DNA of 64,000 nucleotides from Candidatus Spongiisociaceae bacterium (GTDB lineage Bacteria; Actinomycetota; Acidimicrobiia; Spongiisociales; Spongiisociaceae): positions 1,664,001 to 1,728,000 of the forward strand of contig OZ241841.1 in NCBI GenBank assembly GCA_965202665.1, in the 5' to 3' direction. Shown here in pieces: positions 29,038 through 35,573 of the stretch. Within the stretch, counting starts at the first letter, position 1; each line of letters opens with the position of its first letter. Made by a program: the position numbers and the translations under genes. The notes below the pieces were generated by a model. It worked only from the letters and a program-made list of their open reading frames with translations, did not search any database and was not told the origin of the DNA.

Positions 29038-29823
29038 ATGGGCGACGAGACCGGGATGCGGGCGGCTTTCGTAGCCGCCTACGAGCCGTATGTCCGGGCG
29101 GCGGCGGAGGCGCGGCTGGCCGAGGCGGGCTTGACGGTCGATTCTCCGGAGGCGGAGGCGGTTTTCGCCCGGGAGAGTTTGGCGGAGTCGATCGGACGGG
29201 GCCGGTCGTGGCTGGCGGAGCGGTTGGGGGAGTTGCTGTCGGAGCCGTTCGCCGGGCAAAGGCGGGGCCCGTTGGAGCTGGTTCAGGAGGCGATGAAGTT
29301 CCCCACCGGGGCGTTGGCGGCCGCCGGGGTTCCGCCCGCGGAGCGGGACGAGGCGGCGGTGAACGCTTTGCCGGGCGACCTCTACGATTTGGCCCCCGCT
29401 TCTTCCAGCGTTTTGGGGGAGGAGGCGTGGGCGGCGCATCTGGCTTGGGGGGCGGCCAAAGCCCGGGCGTTGCGTCCCCCGACGGTGGGCGTGCTGTCCC
29501 GAAATCTGATGGACAAGTCAAAGTTGGAGGGGGCGTTGCGGGCGGAGGGCATGCGGACGGCCCCGATGGACGGAGGCGAGTTGGCGGAGGGGCTGTCGGC
29601 GGTGTTGGTGGATTTGGAGCACCCCGCCGCGCAGGAGGCGGTGGAGCGGGCGGTAGCGGCGGGAGTGCCCTGCGCCGCTTTCGGCCCGCATGTCAATAGG
29701 GAGGCGCTGGCGGCGGCCGAGGAGCGGGGGGCGCAACAGTCGGTTCCCCGTTCGGCGGTCTTCCGGGATCCCGCCGCCCTGATCCGCCGGACGCTGGCCG
29801 GGGTAGCATCGCCCGATGACTGA
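29038..29823 (+). CDS. Hypothetical protein with a C-terminal receiver-like domain
   Basis: ATG at 29038. C-terminal VLSRNLMDKSKL...VLVDL...AFGPHV resembles degenerate receiver domains. Overlaps the next gene. Confidence 0.6.
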   Translation: MGDETGMRAAFVAAYEPYVRAAAEARLAEAGLTVDSPEAEAVFARESLAESIGRGRSWLAERLGELLSEPFAGQRRGPLELVQEAMKFPTGALAAAGVPPAERDEAAVNALPGDLYDLAPASSSVLGEEAWAAHLAWGAAKARALRPPTVGVLSRNLMDKSKLEGALRAEGMRTAPMDGGELAEGLSAVLVDLEHPAAQEAVERAVAAGVPCAAFGPHVNREALAAAEERGAQQSVPRSAVFRDPAALIRRTLAGVASPDD

Positions 29824-30397
29824 ACCGCCGGACGGCCGCCTTTTGAACATCCCGGTGTTGCTGGGCACCGTCCGCCAAGATCGCCGCAGCGAACGGGCCG
29901 CCCGATGGATCAGCGGGTTGCTGGAGGAGAGGGAGGGGGTGGAAACCCATCTGATCGACTTGCGCGACCTGAACCTGTCGATAAACGACGCCGGCCGGGG
30001 CGAGGGGGCGGCCGATGAGGGTTTCCGGTCGGCGGTCGACGCCTGCCACGGCCTGGTGCTGGTGGTCCCCGAATACAATTCGGGCTTTCCCGGTTTGTTG
30101 AAACACGCCCTGGATATGTTGCTGGAAGAGTACCGCCGCAAAGCGGTGGGCGTGGCATCGGTCAGCGTAGGCGGCTTAGGCGGGGTGAGAATGATCCCCA
30201 CCCTGCTGCCCGTGTTGCGGGACATGGGCCTGATAGTTTCCCTCCGCGACCTGCCCATCTCCAACATAGGAAAGTCCCTGACCCCGGACGGCGTCCCCGT
30301 AGACGACCGCCTGCCCGCCCGCGCCGCCGCCTTCTTAGACGACCTGCTATGGCTAACCCAAGCCCTAACCGCCGCCCGAGAATCCCCCACACCCTAA
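29816..30397 (+). CDS. NADPH-dependent FMN reductase
   Basis: LGTVRQDRRS, VVPEYNSGFPGLLKHALD and GGLGGVR motifs. Confidence 0.9.
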   Translation: MTEPPDGRLLNIPVLLGTVRQDRRSERAARWISGLLEEREGVETHLIDLRDLNLSINDAGRGEGAADEGFRSAVDACHGLVLVVPEYNSGFPGLLKHALDMLLEEYRRKAVGVASVSVGGLGGVRMIPTLLPVLRDMGLIVSLRDLPISNIGKSLTPDGVPVDDRLPARAAAFLDDLLWLTQALTAARESPTP

Positions 30398-30402
30398 AAC
30401 GG

Positions 30403-30475
30403 CGCCCGCGGCAGGATTCGAACCTGCGACCTACCGCTTAGGAGGCGGTTGCTCTATCCCCTGAGCTACGCGGGC
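30403..30475 (-). tRNA. tRNA-Arg (anticodon CCU)
   Basis: Reverse complement: GCCCGCG-TAGCTCAGGGGATAGAGC-A-ACCGC-CTCCTAA-GCGGT-AGGTC-GCAGGTTCGAATCCTGC-CGCGGGC-G. Confidence 0.96.
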
Positions 30476-30558
30476 CCCACCCCAAAGGCTACCACCCCCA
30501 CCCCCGGCTGGCATGTCAAGACCTCGATTGCCGCCGAACCCGGACGGAATAGCCGGAT

Positions 30559-30587
30559 TTGACACCCCGGCTGCTCTGCTGTATGCT
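30559..30587 (+). promoter_or_regulatory. Sigma70-type promoter of the three-gene operon
   Basis: TTGACA (30559-64), 17-bp spacer, TATGCT (30582-87). Confidence 0.7.
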
Positions 30588-30638
30588 CAGCTTGTGCTCA
30601 AGTTGCTAATAAACCTGCGCTCAAGTTACGCGCAAATT
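30585..30638 (+). repeat. Helically phased 9-bp direct repeats (putative operator array)
   Basis: GCTCAGCTT at 30585, GCTCAAGTT at 30596, GCTCAAGTT at 30619, GCGCAAATT at 30630; spacings 11/23/11. Confidence 0.6.
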
Positions 30639-30688
30639 CATCGTAGCTCGGTAACAGAACCGATGCAGATTTGCAAAGGAGGAACGTA

Positions 30689-31471
30689 ATGGCAGAGCCC
30701 TTGTCTCTACCCGAGCCCTTTCAGGAGAAACTCCCACGATCGCCATTGCGCCTCGTGGTGTGCCAAGTGCGCCACGAGCGGATCCTCGCTGTCGCCGACG
30801 TGAGCCGGGCGTTGGAGGTGCATAAAGCAGTTCGGGACACCTTCCCCAGTATGGAAGAGTTTACCGAAGAAAAGGTTGATATGGTCGTGGGTGTAGGTAG
30901 CAGTGAGGTGAAGCGGGCGGAACCGCAACCAGGATGGAGATTTCAGTCCGAGGACAAAAAATGGACTGCGGTTATCAGTCAATCATCGTTCAGTGTGGAG
31001 ACATTAGACTATGATAGATGGGCAGAGTTTGAGGAGAGTCTTGTTAGGCTAGCCCGCGTATTTGAACGTACGTTCTCACCAAAACTTGAAAATCGATTAG
31101 GCCTACGAATGGTTGACCATATTGAATACCCTTATCCAAGTACGCCGGAAGGGTTCCGCGGTCTGATTGTCGACGAGATACTTGGCCCTATTGTCAACAG
31201 GGATTTTTCGGATTCGATTAGAGTAACCCAGAGCCTTGTTGAACTGGAGGGGCCTGGTGGTGCCACAGTAAATCTGCAACACGGTTGCCAGCGTTTTGAT
31301 GAAACCTATAGCTATGTTCTTGATCATGACTGTTTTCGTCAAATTGGTAGACCATTCAACGTGGACGAAATTTTGGAAACGGCAAATATATTCCATGACT
31401 TAGCCAAGCAAGTCTTCAGGGCTGCAATAACTGATGATTTATATAACAATTTCAGAAAGGATGAAAAATGA
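30689..31471 (+). CDS. TIGR04255-like family protein
   Basis: SD AGGAGG, ATG at 30689. LPRSPLRLVVCQVRH, GWRFQS, YDRWAEF, RLGLRMVDHI, YVLDHDCF and FRAAITD match the pattern of this family. Confidence 0.75.
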   Translation: MAEPLSLPEPFQEKLPRSPLRLVVCQVRHERILAVADVSRALEVHKAVRDTFPSMEEFTEEKVDMVVGVGSSEVKRAEPQPGWRFQSEDKKWTAVISQSSFSVETLDYDRWAEFEESLVRLARVFERTFSPKLENRLGLRMVDHIEYPYPSTPEGFRGLIVDEILGPIVNRDFSDSIRVTQSLVELEGPGGATVNLQHGCQRFDETYSYVLDHDCFRQIGRPFNVDEILETANIFHDLAKQVFRAAITDDLYNNFRKDEK

Positions 31472-32187
31472 CTATCACATTTTCGGCTTCTAGAATAGTG
31501 TCTGATACCAATTATCTTTTTGGTATACCCTATACTATACTATCGGAAGGCCTGTGGGAAGATACTGGTTCTGATTTTGCAAAGACAGAGTATATTTCCC
31601 AAGCCATAACTGTTTCAGTTACTGTTTCGTTTGAGGTATCCAAGTATCATCGTTGGACGAAGAGTTGGCGAGACGAACTCAGCTTAGATGCTAAGAATAA
31701 ACTAAACGAAGAGGCCTTAAAAGCAGTTGAAGAGTTAAAATTACTATTAAAAATCTCAGAAAAAAATTTGGCAAAGTTAGTGGATATTTCGCGTAATAGT
31801 TTTCGCAATTGGCGTAATGGACAAGGCGCATATCCAAGTACTACTAGTAAATTATTTCAAATATTGCATTTGATTTCCGCTCTAAAGCTTGTTATGAGTC
31901 AAAGACAGATGCTTGCCTGGTTGAACGAGCCAGATAATAAGAATCCTTCTTTCACCAGGTTGGATATACTATCTCAGCCAGATGGGCCTGCTTTAGTTTC
32001 ACAACAGGCATCTCACATCCTGTTTTCACCTCCGCCAGGCTCTTTGCCATCACCAGATGAACTTCGTAAGGAACTGGAACGTCTTGATTTGGAAGAGCAG
32101 GGATGGGTGGAGGAATACGGGGAGGTTCCCCGCCGGTATTCTGCTCGTCCGAGACGGCAACGCCCTGATGGGAATGCGAGCAAATGA
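31468..32187 (+). CDS. Xre-type HTH protein resembling Xre/MbcA/ParS antitoxins, with N- and C-terminal extensions
   Basis: ISEKNLAKLVDISRNSFRNWRNG (HTH), then MLAWLNEP...TRLDIL (MbcA/ParS C-terminal-like). ATGA overlaps with both neighbours. Confidence 0.6.
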   Translation: MTITFSASRIVSDTNYLFGIPYTILSEGLWEDTGSDFAKTEYISQAITVSVTVSFEVSKYHRWTKSWRDELSLDAKNKLNEEALKAVEELKLLLKISEKNLAKLVDISRNSFRNWRNGQGAYPSTTSKLFQILHLISALKLVMSQRQMLAWLNEPDNKNPSFTRLDILSQPDGPALVSQQASHILFSPPPGSLPSPDELRKELERLDLEEQGWVEEYGEVPRRYSARPRRQRPDGNASK

Positions 32188-33119
32188 TTTTCGCAGGCAT
32201 CCCGCGTACGAGAGGTGAATGGCCTGAAGGTGTGTTGGAGCACCTAGGTTCCTTCCGGCAGGGTGATGTTGTTGAAGGTTTTCCTATGTCTTATCTTGGG
32301 AACCCGGATGTTCCCGTCCATGCGCAAACAGCGGCATATCTCGGCAAAGGTCCGGGAACGATCGAATTTGAGGAGGAGTTTCCGTATGGGATGATAACGA
32401 CGCAGACTTGTGATATTATAGAGGAGGATAGTAAACAACCATCCCGGCCGTGGGTGCAAATGGTACCTGTTTACGATGGAGAGCATAAACACGAACCAAC
32501 CACAGGTTCGACAAAACGACCTTCCTATATTCCTAGCAATTACCGAAGGTCTATAACGGAAGGCGGAGGCCCTCAGTATTTACTACGTTTGCAAGATTTT
32601 CCCCGGGAAGGGTTTTGGGTTGCTGATCTGCGTTTGAGCATTTCCGTAGATAAGGGATGGTTGCTGGGACGCGATCCTATCAGGGTTTTTGGATCTGAGG
32701 AAAGTCGCAGGATAGTCGGTAGCAGATTAGCGATGCTCGTAGACCGCCCAGCATTCGACGGAAAGTTTGAGCGGGCGGTAAGGAGACCATTAGCAAAAGA
32801 ACTAGCTTCTCTAGAGAACACTCTACTTGGACAAGATATTTATCAGCAAGTGGCAGAATTTAGGATAAGGGCTGATGACAATATTAATATGGAGAGAGTT
32901 GAGATATGGGTTTTTTCTGATTCGCCTTTGTCTGAAAATGTGCGAAGGTGGTTCGATGAACAGGCGGACCAGTGGAGGAGAAGGGCAGGTGAGGAGGATC
33001 TTGTTCTTCTCCCAACACAATATAGTCAGCTTGACGAAGTTAGTGCCAAAGAGTATCGTTCGCTAACCATGATGTCTTTACTTGATTTAACGCCCAATCC
33101 GCCCTGGTACCAAAACTGA
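32184..33119 (+). CDS. Hypothetical protein with QGD...TQTCD motif (putative PemK/MazF-like toxin)
   Basis: FRQGDVV...GMITTQTCDI...VQMVPV resembles the RGD...VVS..N...VVP layout of PemK-fold proteins. The assignment is tentative. Confidence 0.5.
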   Translation: MIFAGIPRTRGEWPEGVLEHLGSFRQGDVVEGFPMSYLGNPDVPVHAQTAAYLGKGPGTIEFEEEFPYGMITTQTCDIIEEDSKQPSRPWVQMVPVYDGEHKHEPTTGSTKRPSYIPSNYRRSITEGGGPQYLLRLQDFPREGFWVADLRLSISVDKGWLLGRDPIRVFGSEESRRIVGSRLAMLVDRPAFDGKFERAVRRPLAKELASLENTLLGQDIYQQVAEFRIRADDNINMERVEIWVFSDSPLSENVRRWFDEQADQWRRRAGEEDLVLLPTQYSQLDEVSAKEYRSLTMMSLLDLTPNPPWYQN

Positions 33120-33134
33120 TAGTAAGGTAGCGAT

Positions 33135-33344
33135 ATGGTGAATTTTCCTGAAGCTAGGTCTGGTGCTCCGGTCGAGACGACGGTGCCATCCTATGACGAG
33201 GCGGCTGTTGATAGGCAGATTGACCGGATGGTGGAAGAGATTGCGGCCTGCCTCCCGGAGGGGTACGGGTTTGATTGGGAGAGTGGTGCGGTGGTTCGCC
33301 TTGACCCGTCCCTGCCTTGGCACCCATGGTGCGCCCACGACTGA
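33135..33344 (+). CDS. Small hypothetical protein
   Basis: ATG 16 bp after the previous stop, with a purine-rich SD-like sequence; 69 aa. Confidence 0.45.
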   Translation: MVNFPEARSGAPVETTVPSYDEAAVDRQIDRMVEEIAACLPEGYGFDWESGAVVRLDPSLPWHPWCAHD

Positions 33345-33421
33345 ACCAGAGGCGGCTTGGCGATTGAGATGAGTATACTTGGATTTGTTCTGACCAGACG
33401 GAAGGCCGGAGAGGAGGATGC

Positions 33422-34111
33422 GTGATGGAGCAAAACCGAGATGAGCGGGAGAGTGCCGCGGCTGGGATCAGTTCGCGTATCAGCTCCGAGGATGAGAGGC
33501 GTCGGTTGGATGCGATCATAAAGGATTACGACCGACGCAAGGCGACGGTTCGTCGGGTGCTAGAGGATGTGCTGGCTACGGAATGCGCAAGTCAGGACGG
33601 GCCGCTAACGGAGATGCTGTCGGAGGGGTACAGGGAGCAGACCGGCAAGACGGTGGAGATTGCAATGGTGTCCGACTTTCTGTCCGAAATTTCCGACCAG
33701 TTGTCCCTTCCCAAGAACCCAAAGAAGAAGCCCCCGCCCCCAAAGAAGCCCAAGAAGCCCAGGAAGCAGAGCCCGCGGCCTAAAGTGGTGGTCGGACCAG
33801 ACGGTGAAGAACGGGCGGTGCCCTACGGTTGGGCGGGGGCGTTTCGCGCCATTGCCCAAGAGATCGCCACCGACTATCCCGGTCAGGAGGATATTTGGGG
33901 GAGCCTGCCTTTCATCATGCCCAAACATCTTCTACCAGACTATGTGAAAGATATCGCTGCCAATGTCGAAGTCGTTCCGGGGCTGTGGTTGAACACCCAC
34001 GGCAGCGCCGAGGCGGTGCTACGCAATATGCATATGATGCTGGAGGCCTTTGGTTACCCGCCCCATCAATGGCGGTTGCGACTCAACGACGGCACTTGGC
34101 TGAAACTCTAA
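33422..34111 (+). CDS. Hypothetical protein with Lys/Pro linker and SeqA-C-like DNA-binding domain
   Basis: SD GAGGAGG. PKKKPPPPKKPKK linker. C-terminal GLWLNTHGSAEAVLRNMHMMLEAFG is reminiscent of SeqA-type (W-x-x-T-N/H) domains. Confidence 0.55.
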   Translation: MMEQNRDERESAAAGISSRISSEDERRRLDAIIKDYDRRKATVRRVLEDVLATECASQDGPLTEMLSEGYREQTGKTVEIAMVSDFLSEISDQLSLPKNPKKKPPPPKKPKKPRKQSPRPKVVVGPDGEERAVPYGWAGAFRAIAQEIATDYPGQEDIWGSLPFIMPKHLLPDYVKDIAANVEVVPGLWLNTHGSAEAVLRNMHMMLEAFGYPPHQWRLRLNDGTWLKL

Positions 34112-34122
34112 GAGGGAATGGT

Positions 34123-34440
34123 TTAGGCGACCGCCCAGCGGAGTTTCTGCCACCAGTCGGTGCCCTGCGGACCCGCCCCGATGCTCACCACCGCCCCGTC
34201 GGAGCACAGCACTTCGGCCACCGCCGCATCCCCCTGGGCGGACAGGGACAGCATCTCGCACCCCACGAACCGTTCCAGCCCGTAGGAGTGCAGGTTCTGC
34301 CCGATGTCCTCCAGCCAAGCCTGCAACACCACGGCTGCCCCCACGCTTTTCGCATCCCGCGCCTCCCCCAGCGGGTGATACCACAACGGCTCAAAGGCAT
34401 CCTCATCAAAGATAACCTGCCCAATCGTAAGGTATTGCAC
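34123..34440 (-). CDS. Hypothetical protein
   Basis: GTG start with SD GAGGGAGGG; 105 aa; no recognised motif. Confidence 0.5.
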   Translation of the reverse strand: MQYLTIGQVIFDEDAFEPLWYHPLGEARDAKSVGAAVVLQAWLEDIGQNLHSYGLERFVGCEMLSLSAQGDAAVAEVLCSDGAVVSIGAGPQGTDWWQKLRWAVA

Positions 34441-34608
34441 GATGTTGTCCCTCCCTCTGGCTGAACTTGCGCGTCCTGTCGGGTGATACTATAGTAGCAG
34501 GTATAACGGAGCAGGGAAAGAAAGGATTAGACGAGGGTGGGTCCCTCAGGGTGCGTGAAACATTATTTATACTGTGACGCGGACCCTATATGCTAAAAAG
34601 GAGAAATA

Positions 34609-35169
34609 ATGGAACAAAAGTCTAGGTGGCATGTTTGGTTGGGTGTTATTGTTATGATAGTACTGTTGGGTATCGTAACGTTATTCATCATTATTGTCAC
34701 CAAAAATTTTCAACTAGAAACCCTACTTGTTTTTTTTGCGGGTTCGTTTCCTTCTCTGATATACTGGTCAGCTCAAAGACGTAAGGAAAAACAAGAAAGA
34801 GAAAATTGGATTTTACGAGATAAGAAAGCTTATCTTATAGAATTAGTAAGTATATTTGATTCGTTTATCCAAGATAAAGGTAGTGATGAAGCAAAACAGA
34901 GAAAATTATTAAAAAGATTCAAGTCTTTTCGACCTGCTCTTTTGATATGGGGGTCGCCTCCGGTGATCAAAGTGTGGAATGAACAAAAAGATATTTCTGG
35001 TGATTCTATGGAGGGTATCCGGCAGGCAGAAAAATTATTTAGAGCAATTCGGAAAGAATTAGATCACGATGATTCTCAATTACCACCTGGCGCGATTGTA
35101 GCAACACTTGTAAAACCTGAGGAAAAGAAAAAAGTTTACGAAGCTTGTAAAGATGAAAAAAATCATTAG
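34609..35169 (+). CDS. AT-rich hypothetical membrane protein (two N-terminal TM helices)
   Basis: SD AAGGAG, hydrophobic N-terminus and charged helical C-terminus; strongly AT-rich. Confidence 0.75.
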   Translation: MEQKSRWHVWLGVIVMIVLLGIVTLFIIIVTKNFQLETLLVFFAGSFPSLIYWSAQRRKEKQERENWILRDKKAYLIELVSIFDSFIQDKGSDEAKQRKLLKRFKSFRPALLIWGSPPVIKVWNEQKDISGDSMEGIRQAEKLFRAIRKELDHDDSQLPPGAIVATLVKPEEKKKVYEACKDEKNH

Positions 35170-35180
35170 ATATTGATTTT

Positions 35181-35573
35181 TCAAATGTTTGGTGTGGTGG
35201 CTTTGGATAGTTTTTTGTCTAGGGTGGCTAGTTGGGCTTGGCGGCGGTGGGCGGTTTCCAGGTAGGCGGCGTCGTAGCCGCTTAGGTTGTGTTGGCGGGC
35301 CAAGGCTACTGTGTTGGCGTCATCTTGATCGTGGTCGGTGATTAGGGGGAGGGAGCGGAGGCGGTTGAGGTAGGCCTCGGCGGAACCTGCCTCGATGCGG
35401 CCTTTCCGTTCGGCTCCCACAAGCACGTTGCGTATCTCGTGCCAGAACAGGTCTGGGACTATGGCGGGTTCGCTATATATTCGGGCTATCACCTCGTCTG
35501 CTTCGGCGGTGCCCGGTCGGTCGCGGAAGCACCAGGTGGCTGCTATTGACGCATCAGCAACTATGGTCGTCAG
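35181..35573 (-). CDS. vapC: VapC-family PIN domain toxin
   Basis: Extending the listed ORF upstream gives (L)TTIVADASIAATWCF...WHEIRNVL...LSGYDAAYL...LATLDKKL, with all four PIN acidic residues. The likely start is CTG at 35573, overlapping the res stop (CTGA). Confidence 0.88.
   Translation of the reverse strand: MTTIVADASIAATWCFRDRPGTAEADEVIARIYSEPAIVPDLFWHEIRNVLVGAERKGRIEAGSAEAYLNRLRSLPLITDHDQDDANTVALARQHNLSGYDAAYLETAHRRQAQLATLDKKLSKATTPNI

Noticed and set aside
24953-30475. tRNA-anchored integrative element with att duplication
   Set aside because: I found no second copy of either tRNA 3' end and no integrase. The accessory DNA lies on the 5' side of both tRNAs, and the genes between them look like core genes.
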